Both the position numbers and the translations under genes were made by a program. Below, one piece after another: positions 26,835 to 36,924 of a stretch of 62,715 nucleotides of DNA. The notes under the pieces were generated by a model, which saw only the letters and a program-made list of their open reading frames with translations, did not search any database and was not told the origin of the DNA. The stretch comes from a virus (Duplodnaviria; Caudoviricetes), in the IMG/VR virus record IMGVR_UViG_3300009146_000014, positions 1-62,715 of that record; one strand, given 5' to 3'. Within the stretch, counting starts at the first letter, position 1. Each line of letters starts with the position of its first letter.

Positions 26835-28757
26835 ATGGCCGACGACACACTCAGACTCCGGGTTACTGTTGACAATCAACAGGCGATGACGGGCCTCGCG
26901 CAGACTCGGCGTGCCATCGAGCAAACCGCGCAAGCGACCAAGAAAGCGAACGATCAATCGACGGAGGCTTATAAAAAGTCGGCGCGCGAAGTGAAGGCCT
27001 ACGGCGACGCGCTACGGCAAACCGGCCAACAGATGACGGGGTTCTCATTCACGGCAGCCGGGGCCGGCGCGGCGGTGGGCGCTCTGGCCGTCGCGGTTGT
27101 GAGCGCAATCAACGAGACATTCCAAACGCTCGGCACCATGCGCGTACAGGCGCGGGCGTTGGGCGTGACGACGGAGGAGCTTCGCGGCCTCTCGCATGCG
27201 TTCCAATTGATGGGGTTGTCGGCATCGGAGGCCGAGCAACAGTTGCGATCACATCGCGCGATGATGGATCAAATAATTCTGAGAGGGCAGGCGTTCAACA
27301 CGCTGCATGCGCGCGGCGCCAGTGATCTTGTTCGTGATCTGAAGGCGGCAAAGGACACGACCGAGCAACTGACGGTGATTTGGAAATACGCACAGACGCT
27401 TGATGAGCGGAGCAAAAGGCGGTTCGCGCAAGACATGCAGATTGATCCGCGAATCGTGATGTCTGATAAGGCGCCGTTTCGCGAGTCGGTCGAGGGAGAA
27501 CAGAAGTTCACGGCCGAACAGTGGGAAGCGATAGAGGCGGACCGGCGCAAGGGGGTGGAGCTTCAGAGAGAGGGCCGGCAGTGGACAGAGCAAGGCACGA
27601 TGTGGGGTGTCGATGCGATTCCGCGCGCTGGCGAGGCGCTCAAGGGGGAGCCGCTCACGGATGAGCCGCCGCCGACGCGGCGGCACGTGCCACGCGCGCC
27701 GGCTCCCGGCTCAACCGGGCTGCCGTTCAAGCCGATATCGTTTCAAGAGGAAAGCGGCGGCGAGGGAGATGAGCGGCCGATTCGAATCGTTCGCGAGGGC
27801 GTCTTGCAAGGCATGCAGCTTTTTAAGAGTTGGCAGGATGCGGGCGGTGATAGTGCAGCCGGCGGCGGCTTTGGTGGCGGCGGTGGCGGCGGCGGTGGCG
27901 GCGGTGGCGGCGGTGGCGGCGGCGGCTTGCTGCAACAGGCGTCATATTCGCCGGCAGGGGGCGGCAACGAGGCCGGCGACCGGGCCAGCACGGGCGCGAC
28001 GCCGGCAGCGGCGGGCGGTACGCCGGCAGCGGCGGGCGGTACGCCGGCAGCAGCGGGCGGGGCGACGCCGGCAGCGGCAGGGGGCACGCCGGCAACGGGC
28101 GGCGGCAGCGTCACCGAAGCACAAGGCACCGAGGCCGGCGTGCGCAAAGGCGCGCTCGATTCAAAGCTAAGGGCGGCGCTCGACTATGCGAGTGCACAGA
28201 CGGGCCTTAGCGCGAGGGTGACATCCGGCGGACAGCCATCGACAGGCGGGCCGAGAGTGCGCACGGGTTCGCATCGGCACGACTTTGGCCGTGCTGGCGA
28301 TTTCGATCTGTACGACAAAGACGGCAACAAGATTCCAACGAATGATCCGCGCGCACTTCAGTTCGCGGAGCGTGCGGCAGAGGCGGGCGTGACCGGCGGC
28401 GGCTCGCGATATGGCACGATGGGCAATTACAAAATGCATCTTGATACCTACGGCAAGCCGTATGGCCCGAACAAAGGACAGAGCGAGGCGATAGAGCGCG
28501 GCCTCGCGACGGCCAGAGAGAGAGCGAAGCGCGGGGAAGGGCTGCCGGAAGCGCCGAAGCCAATGAGCTTTGACGGATTTGGAGGGGGAAGCGAAGTCGA
28601 TAGAGCGACGCAAGGGGTTGAGGCGCGCGGAAGCGTCAATGTCACGGTCAATTCGAACGGACCGGGCAAGCGCGGCGGCAACAATGACGCCATGTTCCAG
28701 CCGCCGAGCGCGAAGCCGACTCCGCAGATGGCGCAAACACAATCACAGGAATTGTGA
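26835..28757 (+). CDS. Tape-measure-like protein 2 (paralog) with M15-like peptidase domain
   Basis: Shares blocks with 24429-26831; HDFGRAGD (Hx6D) and MHLD motifs. Confidence 0.65.
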   Translation: MADDTLRLRVTVDNQQAMTGLAQTRRAIEQTAQATKKANDQSTEAYKKSAREVKAYGDALRQTGQQMTGFSFTAAGAGAAVGALAVAVVSAINETFQTLGTMRVQARALGVTTEELRGLSHAFQLMGLSASEAEQQLRSHRAMMDQIILRGQAFNTLHARGASDLVRDLKAAKDTTEQLTVIWKYAQTLDERSKRRFAQDMQIDPRIVMSDKAPFRESVEGEQKFTAEQWEAIEADRRKGVELQREGRQWTEQGTMWGVDAIPRAGEALKGEPLTDEPPPTRRHVPRAPAPGSTGLPFKPISFQEESGGEGDERPIRIVREGVLQGMQLFKSWQDAGGDSAAGGGFGGGGGGGGGGGGGGGGGGLLQQASYSPAGGGNEAGDRASTGATPAAAGGTPAAAGGTPAAAGGATPAAAGGTPATGGGSVTEAQGTEAGVRKGALDSKLRAALDYASAQTGLSARVTSGGQPSTGGPRVRTGSHRHDFGRAGDFDLYDKDGNKIPTNDPRALQFAERAAEAGVTGGGSRYGTMGNYKMHLDTYGKPYGPNKGQSEAIERGLATARERAKRGEGLPEAPKPMSFDGFGGGSEVDRATQGVEARGSVNVTVNSNGPGKRGGNNDAMFQPPSAKPTPQMAQTQSQEL

Positions 28758-28760
28758 GCG

Positions 28761-29357
28761 ATGGTGACGGCAGCAAACCCACAGGAAGACGGCCAAGCTT
28801 GGCGGCGCTGGAAACGCAGTTGGGAGCCGGCCTCGTTTCGCGGTTGCCGATTTTTTGTCGAGGCCGACAGTCGCGCGAGCGGCCGGCGCGTGGCCGTGCA
28901 TCAATACCCGAAGCGCAACACGCCATATGCGGAGGACATGGGCCGCGCTGCGATTCGCGTGCACGTCAACGGCTATCTGATCGGGAGTCCCGGCAACGAA
29001 AACGGCGCCGGGGAAGCCGACTATTTGCAGATGAAAGACGAATTGATTGCAGCGCTAGAGGCGGACGGGCCGGGCGTGCTGCGATTGCCGATGCAGTATC
29101 AGACAAGCGACCTGATGGTGATGGTCATGAGCTACGCGGTCGCGGAGAGTCGCGAGCGTGGCGGCATGTGCACGGTTGAAATGGATTTCATCGAGTACGG
29201 CGACCCGGCCTATCGCACGGTGATAAGCACGGCGGGCGCGGTCATGAAATCCGCCACGGCGGCAGAGCAGGCGGTGACGCCGCGAGCATTGAGGGCGACG
29301 GCGGCAGAGGTCGAGCCGTTCGCCGAAATCCACAGAAGCGCGGAGATAGGCGCGTGA
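28761..29357 (+). CDS. Mu-like DNA circularization protein, N-terminal domain
   Basis: ASFRGC.F, GRRVAVHQYP, EDMGR, LIAALE..GPG.L. Confidence 0.88.
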   Translation: MVTAANPQEDGQAWRRWKRSWEPASFRGCRFFVEADSRASGRRVAVHQYPKRNTPYAEDMGRAAIRVHVNGYLIGSPGNENGAGEADYLQMKDELIAALEADGPGVLRLPMQYQTSDLMVMVMSYAVAESRERGGMCTVEMDFIEYGDPAYRTVISTAGAVMKSATAAEQAVTPRALRATAAEVEPFAEIHRSAEIGA

Positions 29358-30502
29358 TGGCAGAATTTGATGACATGCCATTGATTGAGCGGCAGCCGAC
29401 TCAAGGCGCGCTCACGGCTTACCAAGCCGCACAGGCACACAACATTCCGCAAAAGGAATTGATCGTGCTGCATGCGCGCGGCCAGTATTTCACGGATTGG
29501 ACTAGCGTTCGCGTTGAAGTGAAAATGTTTGACCCGTGGTCGCAATTCCAGTTCGAGTGCACCGAAAATTCGCCGATGCCGAACACGTATGACAAATTGC
29601 AATTTCTGCCGGGCGACCCGGTGCAAGTGTTCGTCGGCGGAGTGCAGACGATAGACGGGTTCGTGTCGGAGCGGCATGTTGCCTTTGACGGGACAACGCA
29701 CGCCGTGCGCATCGTCGGGGTGTCCAAGACGATCGATCTAACCAAGTCAACAGTGCCGCTCGATCAACTCGGCGATCACGACAAAAAATCATGGTCGCAG
29801 CTTACGCGCGACATCATGAAACATCTTGGCATCAAACTGAAGTTGCGCGGCGGGGTGGACAACACGCCGTTCGATAACATCCAAGTGCAGCCGGGCGAAC
29901 TGATCATTCAAGTAATCGAGCGCTATGCGCGGCACCGAAACATCGTGATCGGCAACACGCCGTTCGGGGAGTTGTTGGGCGTGGGGCCGCACTCGGCAAT
30001 CCCGGCGAGCGACATCCACGAGGGCTATAACATCCTCGCGTGCAACTCGGTGCTCCGCGACCCGAACACGCAAAACAAGTATTTCGCCATCGGGCAAGGT
30101 GTGAGCGGCGATCAAGCCAACGGCGCCGGACAGAATCAGCAAATCTGCGGACCGCTGACAGGCAGCCACACGCGCAACAAGCACATGGTGGTCGCGGCCG
30201 ATCTTGCCGACAAGCAAACGGGAATTTGCCAGCGCGCGAGAATCGAAAAGTCGTTCGGTGAAGGCTCCAAGATGGAGGCGCACATAACGATGCAGGGATT
30301 TTTCAAAGACAACAACAAGTCATCCGACATTTGGAAGGCGGGCGAATACTACACGGTGACATCGCAAATGCTCGTGCTCGATGGGACCGTGTTGGGATGC
30401 AAGGGGTGCGTCTATGAGCAGAGCGAGGGCGGCACAAAGACCACGTTGGAACTCGTTGACCCGATTCACATGAACGCCGAGTCGGCGTACCGGAAGGGTT
30501 GA
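29357..30502 (+). CDS. Baseplate hub/tail protein (Mu gp44/P-like)
   Basis: WTSVRV, PGDPV, G.SKT.DL, QPGE; position. Confidence 0.82.
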   Translation: MAEFDDMPLIERQPTQGALTAYQAAQAHNIPQKELIVLHARGQYFTDWTSVRVEVKMFDPWSQFQFECTENSPMPNTYDKLQFLPGDPVQVFVGGVQTIDGFVSERHVAFDGTTHAVRIVGVSKTIDLTKSTVPLDQLGDHDKKSWSQLTRDIMKHLGIKLKLRGGVDNTPFDNIQVQPGELIIQVIERYARHRNIVIGNTPFGELLGVGPHSAIPASDIHEGYNILACNSVLRDPNTQNKYFAIGQGVSGDQANGAGQNQQICGPLTGSHTRNKHMVVAADLADKQTGICQRARIEKSFGEGSKMEAHITMQGFFKDNNKSSDIWKAGEYYTVTSQMLVLDGTVLGCKGCVYEQSEGGTKTTLELVDPIHMNAESAYRKG

Positions 30503-31170
30503 GCATGCTTGCGGATGCAGACGAAACGCTCGCAATCATCCGGCGCATGGGGCCGGTGATACTGAGCACGGCGGCGTCGCCTCCGCAGGGCGCGATAACC
30601 GCGCTCCGCCAATGCGTCGGGCTGATGATGGTTGACCCGAACATGGCGCATCCGGCGACGTTCGGATACGCGATGGCGACCGCGCTCGATTTGGCGCGGC
30701 ACAGTGGGGCAACGCTGGTCACTATTGACCGCGTGAGGAAAGCGGCCGTCGAGGAGAAGCCAAAGAGCTTGCAGGCGATTCTCGTCACGCTAATGATCAT
30801 CCGGCTAACGCTGGCGACGGAGGCGCGCATCATCGCGTTCATGCAGTTCCGTTCGCGTGAGGAGGTTGAGGAAATCGCGGCGGCGGTTGGTCGCGTGTTT
30901 TCGCAGGCCATCGAGGTTGCCGGCGATGACAAAGAGGTCGCGCCATACATGGCGCTGATTCAATTGCATGGCGATGTCATCAAACACTTGAGCGACCTTG
31001 GCCGCGTGCTGCCGCGAGTCATCGATTACAAATATGCGGCGGTGATGCCGGCGCTGCGAATGGCGCAACAGGCCTATGGAGATGCAACGCGCTCTGACGA
31101 ACTGATTCGAGAGAATCACGTCGTGCATCCGGCTTTCATGCCAAGAGAAGGAAAGATGTTGGCGCTATGA
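30499..31170 (+). CDS. Mu-like DNA circularization protein, C-terminal part
   Basis: C-terminal PAL..A...YGDA.R.DEL..EN.V.HP.FMP motif. Confidence 0.7.
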   Translation: MSMLADADETLAIIRRMGPVILSTAASPPQGAITALRQCVGLMMVDPNMAHPATFGYAMATALDLARHSGATLVTIDRVRKAAVEEKPKSLQAILVTLMIIRLTLATEARIIAFMQFRSREEVEEIAAAVGRVFSQAIEVAGDDKEVAPYMALIQLHGDVIKHLSDLGRVLPRVIDYKYAAVMPALRMAQQAYGDATRSDELIRENHVVHPAFMPREGKMLAL

Positions 31171-32162
31171 ACAGAAACACAATTGGGGAAATCTCTGGAC
31201 GCTCGATGCATCAAGCGGTGCGGATGACGCTCGGCAAGGTCATGGACGGGCCGATGATGCAAGAGGCGAACTTCTCCGGAATGATGAAGGACGCCCGGAA
31301 GGCCGTCGAGCGCGTGCAATCGTTCGGATTCTCATCCGTGCCGCTGCCGCCCGATCAAGAGGAAGGCGGCGGGGGCGGCGGCGGCGGTGGCGGCGGCAAG
31401 CGCGGCAAGGCCGGCAAGGAAGGCGGCGGCGGCGGCGGTGGCGGCGGCGGTGGCGGACAGGGCGGCGGCGCTCCGGAAGGCATCGCTTTGTTCATGGGCG
31501 GGCAAAGGAATCATCCGGTCATCATTGGGGTGGACGATCGTCGGCACCGGCCGATGGGGTTGAAGCCCGGCGAAAATTCTCAGTACGACGATATCGGGCA
31601 AATGACGCTGATGCGTCGCAACGGGCTCTATCTGCTTTCGAACGACAATCCGGAGAAGGAAGGCGGACAGTCAACCGAGCGCATGGTGTCGCTCCGCCAT
31701 GTCGAGAAGAAAAAGCAGAAGCGCGGCCAACTTGGGCAAGGCGACAACAGCGCGGCGCTGGCCAAGTTGTCTCCGACCCAACGCAGGCGCGTGGAGGCCG
31801 CCGCGCTCAAGGCAGAGCAGGACCGGCAGAAAGAGAACGAAAACACCAAGCACGAGGGCGAGACGGTCAACACCGAAATCCGGATGACCAAAAAGAAAAT
31901 CGAGTTCCGCAATGGTGATGAGGTCGTGGGTGAGCACGACAAGCAATCCAAAAAGTGGAACATGAAAGGCAAAGAGTTCAACGCGAACCCGGATGACGCG
32001 GCGAACATCAAGAGCAAGAATGTCAACATCGATGGCGCCTCCGGAATCAATCTGACGGGGCCAATATCCGCGAACGGGAGTCCGGTGGCGACGATGACGC
32101 ACGTCGAGGCGCTTGAGGCGCGCATCGCGGCGCTCGAAAGCAGGTTGGCGGGGTTCCTATGA
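31167..32162 (+). CDS. Baseplate spike (Mu gp45-like) with Gly-run insert
   Basis: VERVQSFGFSSVP, GG.R.HPV....DDRRHRP.GL.PGE...YD. Confidence 0.82.
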   Translation: MNRNTIGEISGRSMHQAVRMTLGKVMDGPMMQEANFSGMMKDARKAVERVQSFGFSSVPLPPDQEEGGGGGGGGGGGKRGKAGKEGGGGGGGGGGGGQGGGAPEGIALFMGGQRNHPVIIGVDDRRHRPMGLKPGENSQYDDIGQMTLMRRNGLYLLSNDNPEKEGGQSTERMVSLRHVEKKKQKRGQLGQGDNSAALAKLSPTQRRRVEAAALKAEQDRQKENENTKHEGETVNTEIRMTKKKIEFRNGDEVVGEHDKQSKKWNMKGKEFNANPDDAANIKSKNVNIDGASGINLTGPISANGSPVATMTHVEALEARIAALESRLAGFL

Positions 32163-32692
32163 GCAACGGGGCTGACATCCGCTTTTTGCAGCAACTCGAT
32201 TTCCCGGCGTACGCCGTCGAGCTTGATTGGCTGATGACTCCGCTCAATCTGATCGCGGACGGCTACGACTTGCAGTCCGCGTTCATCGTCGCGCTCGGCA
32301 CCGACAAGCGCGCGCCGGCAGAGGAAGAATTGCCGGACCCGGACGCGACCGATCGCAGGGGATGGTGGGGCGACCTCGATGCGGATGAGATTTGGGGCGG
32401 GTGGGATGTTGGTTGCCTGCTCTGGCTTTTGCAGCGGGCAAAGATAACCGGCGTCGAGGCGCGGCAAGGCTCGACACTCAACCGCGCGAACGGGTGGACG
32501 CGCGACGCGATGAATCCATTTACGGAGCGGCGCATCGCTTCGCGCATCAGTGTGGAGGCCTCGCGCCCGGCCAACGATCGTATCGACGTGGAAGTGATCA
32601 TCTATCGCGGGCCATCGCAGCCGGTAGCGTTGCGCTATGCCGAGCTTTGGGATGCATTGCCGTTGCGCGTCGGCCCAAAGATGGAGGAGTAG
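32159..32692 (+). CDS. Baseplate protein (Mu gp46-like)
   Basis: L.TD.RA, DRRGWWGD, G..LWLL.RAK. Confidence 0.88.
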   Translation: MSNGADIRFLQQLDFPAYAVELDWLMTPLNLIADGYDLQSAFIVALGTDKRAPAEEELPDPDATDRRGWWGDLDADEIWGGWDVGCLLWLLQRAKITGVEARQGSTLNRANGWTRDAMNPFTERRIASRISVEASRPANDRIDVEVIIYRGPSQPVALRYAELWDALPLRVGPKMEE

Positions 32693-32694
32693 GC

Positions 32695-33783
32695 ATGCCT
32701 TGGACAACTCCGACGCTCAAAGCGGTTCGCGGCATGACTCGCGACTATGTGCTTTCGCAGTTGGGCGCACGCGCGATGATTCCGAACTCGGTGTTGCGCA
32801 TCATGAGCGACTCGATGTCGGGTCTGACGCACATGGCGTTCATCTATCTCGATTGGCTCGCTCGCCAATTGCTGCCGGATACGGCGGAGACCGAATGGCT
32901 CGATCGGCACGGCAATATCTGGCTGGTCAACGCCGATGGTTCGAAGGGAAGGAAGGCGCCGACTTACGCGCGAGGCACGGTGCGATTCGAGGGCACGCCG
33001 GGCACAGTTATTCCGACCGGCACGCTACTGATGGGCGCCAACCGGATTCAATATCAAACGCTGACGGATGCCACAGTGGGCATCGATGGGCTCGGCGACG
33101 CGACGGCGGTTGCGCTAACCGCCGGCATCGAGGGCAATTTGCCGGACGGCACGAATCTCTTTTTCACAGAGAGCGGTGGGTTCGCTGTCGAGACGATCAC
33201 GACGTTTGGCGAAATGTCGGGCGGAGTCGATTCGGAGACCGACGAACAACTGAGGGAGCGGATTCTATTTCGCATTCAAAATCCGCCGATGGGCGGCGCG
33301 GCGCACGACTATGTGGCGTGGGCAATGGCGGTGCCGGGCGTGACGCGCGCATGGGCGGCGGTGGAAATCGGACCCGGCACCATGACGGTTCGCTTTCTGA
33401 TGGATGACCTCTATCCGGACAATTACGGGCTGCCGACCGAGAACGATATCAACACGGTGCGCACGTACATCGATCGGAAGCGGCCGGTGACGGTGAAAGA
33501 CTGTTTCGTGTTCGCGCCCATCCTCTATTTCTATGACATCCAAATAACGGAGCTTGTGAACAACACCGAGACCACGCGCGGCAACATCGAGGCGTCAATC
33601 AAGGCAATGGAACGCGAGCGGTCTAAGCCGGGCGAGACGATGCATCGCTCATGGGTGGACGAGGCTATCAGCAAGGCAAGCGGAGAAGTGACGCACGAAC
33701 TGCTCTACGAGACAACGGAAATGCCGGCGCCGGGTTACATGCCGGTGTTGGGAACAATCCTCTATGACATCGAGCCGAGCTAA
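32695..33783 (+). CDS. Baseplate J / Mu gp47-like
   Basis: QLLPDTA...LD.H, GG.D.E.D..LR.R, GG...DY..WA..VPGV.RAW. Confidence 0.92.
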   Translation: MPWTTPTLKAVRGMTRDYVLSQLGARAMIPNSVLRIMSDSMSGLTHMAFIYLDWLARQLLPDTAETEWLDRHGNIWLVNADGSKGRKAPTYARGTVRFEGTPGTVIPTGTLLMGANRIQYQTLTDATVGIDGLGDATAVALTAGIEGNLPDGTNLFFTESGGFAVETITTFGEMSGGVDSETDEQLRERILFRIQNPPMGGAAHDYVAWAMAVPGVTRAWAAVEIGPGTMTVRFLMDDLYPDNYGLPTENDINTVRTYIDRKRPVTVKDCFVFAPILYFYDIQITELVNNTETTRGNIEASIKAMERERSKPGETMHRSWVDEAISKASGEVTHELLYETTEMPAPGYMPVLGTILYDIEPS

Positions 33784-34586
33784 TGGCACAGGCGCCACGC
33801 GATAAACACGTAACGCGGACCGGCGAGGAATACGCCGAAGCGTTGCAAATGTTGCTGCCGCAAGGGCAGGCGTGGCCGCGCACGCATGAGAGCGTGCTTA
33901 TGCGCGTGGTTCGTGGTCTCACGAAAATATGGGGCGACTTCGAAATCCGCGCGTCCAAATTGCTGGAGGTCGAGAGCGACCCGCGAATCACAATCGAGTT
34001 GCTTCCCGATTGGGAGCGCAATTGGGGTCTGCCGGACCCATGCTATCAGGAGCCGTTGACGATCGCGGAGCGGCAGCTTGCGCTCATGATGCGGATGACG
34101 TTGTGGGGAGCGCAGAGCCGAGAGTTCTTTATCGAAATCGCGGCAATGATCGGCTACACGATCACGATAAGCGAATACCGGCCGTTCTTTATCGCCATGG
34201 ACAGATGCGGCGACTCGCGCGTGTATGGTGAGGGCGTCACGACTGATACGCCGATGCGTGATGAGTTCGGCAAGCCGGTGTTGGGGCCGCACGGCGCGAT
34301 GCCGGTGGGTGATCATCCGATAGCGAACGGCGAGTTGTCGGAGTGGCCAAGCTACGGGCTCGGGCCGCTCGAAAACCGTTACTATTGGTCCGTGCATGTC
34401 GCGGACGCAAAGCTCACGTGGTTCCGCGTCACGTCCGGACAATGCGGAGTCGATCCGCATTTGCGCATCGGGCTCGCGGATGACCTCGAATGCTTGTTGG
34501 ACCGTTGGAAGCCGGGACACACGGACATCATCTATGACTATTCCGGGTTGAGCAGTCCCGGTGATCCGATGGCAGGGACTCCGTAG
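33783..34586 (+). CDS. Baseplate wedge (Mu gp48/YmfQ-like)
   Basis: LLP.G.AW, ELLPDWE...GLPD.C, LEC......P.HT. Confidence 0.88.
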   Translation: MAQAPRDKHVTRTGEEYAEALQMLLPQGQAWPRTHESVLMRVVRGLTKIWGDFEIRASKLLEVESDPRITIELLPDWERNWGLPDPCYQEPLTIAERQLALMMRMTLWGAQSREFFIEIAAMIGYTITISEYRPFFIAMDRCGDSRVYGEGVTTDTPMRDEFGKPVLGPHGAMPVGDHPIANGELSEWPSYGLGPLENRYYWSVHVADAKLTWFRVTSGQCGVDPHLRIGLADDLECLLDRWKPGHTDIIYDYSGLSSPGDPMAGTP

Positions 34587-34602
34587 AGAAGGAAGCGAAG
34601 CG

Positions 34603-35934
34603 ATGAAATATAACCAACCGTACGGCGTTTCTGATCCAGAGGGACCATACGTCAACGGCAACCCGACGACCGGGACGATGGGTTCGATTCCGCCGGCCGC
34701 GAGCATCGAGTATCCGCAGCGCGAGATTGTGAATTTCATCAAAGACTCGAGCATCACGCCCATCAACGAGGATTTGCACCAACTCGCGCGCTCGGCGCAG
34801 AGTCAGAAGGTCGTCTACGCTGAAGACTTTGGTATTCCGAACTCGTACCTCATAGACACGGTGCCGGTGATTGCCGAGTACAAGGCCGGGCAACGCTGGA
34901 ATGTCAAAATCAAAAACACGAACACCGGGCCGTCTATCCTCAATGCGAATCAGATTGGGCCGCGCAACATCGTCAAGCCGGATGGCACGCCGCTAATCGG
35001 TTACGAGATGTCGGCGGGCGCCGTGGTCGGGCTCGTTGACGACGGCGAAAAGTTGCAGTTGCAGGCCGCAGCGGGCGGCGGCGGCGGCGGCGGTTCGTCG
35101 GGCCTGACGACCAACGTGCATTACTATGTCAACTATGGCACGGGCGATGACGATCTATATGACGGCTCATCGGCGGTGCTTGCCGCCGGCACCAAGCACG
35201 GGCCGTTCAAGACTGTGCAGCGGGCAATTTCCGAAACGCTCAAATGGAACATGAACAATTATTCGGTCGAAATCCATGTGGCCGATTATGTAGGGCTGCA
35301 ACCGCCGTTCATTTGTTACCAACTCAATGGAGCGGGCAATTGCTACATCACGGGCAACATCACGACGCCGGCCAATTGCCACATCCACAATCCGGGCGGC
35401 GAGGCCATCTTGGTGTTGGCGGATGATTACGAGCTTAGGGGCTTCAAGGTGTCGTGCGCCGGCAACGGGCCGCTCGCGCCCGTTACGCTCGGCATCGGCC
35501 TTCGCGCCTTTGGCGGACTCTGCAAGGCGTGGAATTTCGACTTTGGCCCTTGCGCCGAAGGGCATATGTCGGCGCAAGCGGCCGGCGGCGGTATCATCTG
35601 GCGTGGCGCGGAGCAGAACAATCCGGGCGGCTTTATCACTGTGTCTGGCAACGCCGCGCGCTTCCACATGAATGCGCAAGCGTATGGCTGGATTCACTTG
35701 GGCTTGCCGGATTTGAATGTGCTCGGCGCTATTTCCACACAGTTTTGGGCGCTCGCGCATGGGCTTGGGAACATTGGCTATCACTATCGCAACATGACCG
35801 GGCACGGTGGCGTCTCGGGGCAAAAGTTTTGGGCGCTGTCAAATGGTGTCATCGTCACGTCGGACGGGCAAAGCGCGTCCTACTATCCCGGCAACGTGGC
35901 TGGCGTGCTGTCCTACGGCGGGCAGTATTTCTAA
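34603..35934 (+). CDS. Tail fiber / receptor-binding protein
   Basis: Position after the baseplate; YV...G.D...G......PFKT.Q.A beta-helix cap motif. Confidence 0.75.
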   Translation: MKYNQPYGVSDPEGPYVNGNPTTGTMGSIPPAASIEYPQREIVNFIKDSSITPINEDLHQLARSAQSQKVVYAEDFGIPNSYLIDTVPVIAEYKAGQRWNVKIKNTNTGPSILNANQIGPRNIVKPDGTPLIGYEMSAGAVVGLVDDGEKLQLQAAAGGGGGGGSSGLTTNVHYYVNYGTGDDDLYDGSSAVLAAGTKHGPFKTVQRAISETLKWNMNNYSVEIHVADYVGLQPPFICYQLNGAGNCYITGNITTPANCHIHNPGGEAILVLADDYELRGFKVSCAGNGPLAPVTLGIGLRAFGGLCKAWNFDFGPCAEGHMSAQAAGGGIIWRGAEQNNPGGFITVSGNAARFHMNAQAYGWIHLGLPDLNVLGAISTQFWALAHGLGNIGYHYRNMTGHGGVSGQKFWALSNGVIVTSDGQSASYYPGNVAGVLSYGGQYF

Positions 35935-35952
35935 TCGAAGGAGTCAACGGCG

Positions 35953-36558
35953 ATGTTCATTGGTGATCACTACTGGCTCGCGGACGATAGCCGGCTATGG
36001 GGGAGCAAGTCGCAAACGCACATCACTGCAAGCGATCCCGATTATGTCGCTTGGCAAGCGGCCTACAACCTCGATCCAACGCGATGGCCGGAGGATGAGG
36101 CCGGCGCGCAAACCGACGCGGCGCTGCAAGCAATCGTCGGGCCGCTCGGCATGTTCGTTACTCTCACGGACTATTCGGCGGCAGCGCGCTTGCGTGTAGT
36201 CGAGGCCGGCATCAAAATCTTGAGCATCACGCCCAAGGTGTTCAACGCCGACATGCTGTCGCGTACGCAAGCCAACAATGCCAAGCAACTGATGATAGCT
36301 GATCCGCTCATCACGGCGCTGCCGTGGCGGATGAAAGACGGCAGCTATGTTGAGGTAACGGCGGCGGATGTCGACTTGATATTCTTGTCGATGGGCGGCT
36401 TTGCCGAGGAATGTTTCACGACAGAGGAAGAAACGGCCGCTGCCATCGTTGGCGGCACCATCACGACGCGCGCTGAAATCGATGCGGCTTATGCAGCGAT
36501 TCCACAAGAGCGCGACGGCGTATCCGAACGCCTACGCGCGAGGAAGCCGAAAAGGTAA
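35953..36558 (+). CDS. Tail fiber assembly-like protein (DUF4376-like)
   Basis: Position; WRMKDGS.V motif. Confidence 0.55.
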   Translation: MFIGDHYWLADDSRLWGSKSQTHITASDPDYVAWQAAYNLDPTRWPEDEAGAQTDAALQAIVGPLGMFVTLTDYSAAARLRVVEAGIKILSITPKVFNADMLSRTQANNAKQLMIADPLITALPWRMKDGSYVEVTAADVDLIFLSMGGFAEECFTTEEETAAAIVGGTITTRAEIDAAYAAIPQERDGVSERLRARKPKR

Positions 36559-36564
36559 CGGGCC

Positions 36565-36924
36565 ATGAGCGTTGTCAACATCACAGTCCACAATGACGCG
36601 GACTTTTATTGCGTCTTTGACTATCAGTCGGTCGCGGGTGTTCCCATCGACATCAGCGGCTCATCAATGGTGATGATGCTCCGCCGGCACGCGAAGGACG
36701 AGGCGGCGCAACTGCGGCTCGGCACCGACACGGGCGAGATTGTCTATGTCGATCCGGTGCAAGGGCGATTCTCGGTTCGCATCGTGCAAGAGGTTTTGGA
36801 GCGGCTCGGGCTCGGCGACTTTGATCATTCGAACGTCATGAAAAAGGGCGACAGCAAGATTGCGATTTGGACGGGCACGTTCACAAACAATCCGGGCGCG
36901 GCGCGGGGGGACTTTCCGCTATGA
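36565..36924 (+). CDS. Virion adaptor-like beta-sandwich protein
   Basis: P.DISG....M motif; sits before the collagen-like fiber. Confidence 0.5.
   Translation: MSVVNITVHNDADFYCVFDYQSVAGVPIDISGSSMVMMLRRHAKDEAAQLRLGTDTGEIVYVDPVQGRFSVRIVQEVLERLGLGDFDHSNVMKKGDSKIAIWTGTFTNNPGAARGDFPL

Noticed and set aside
27860-28100. GGC runs and 21-bp tandem repeats (similar runs at 31365-31470)
   Set aside because: In-frame Gly linkers and TPAAAGG repeats within structural proteins
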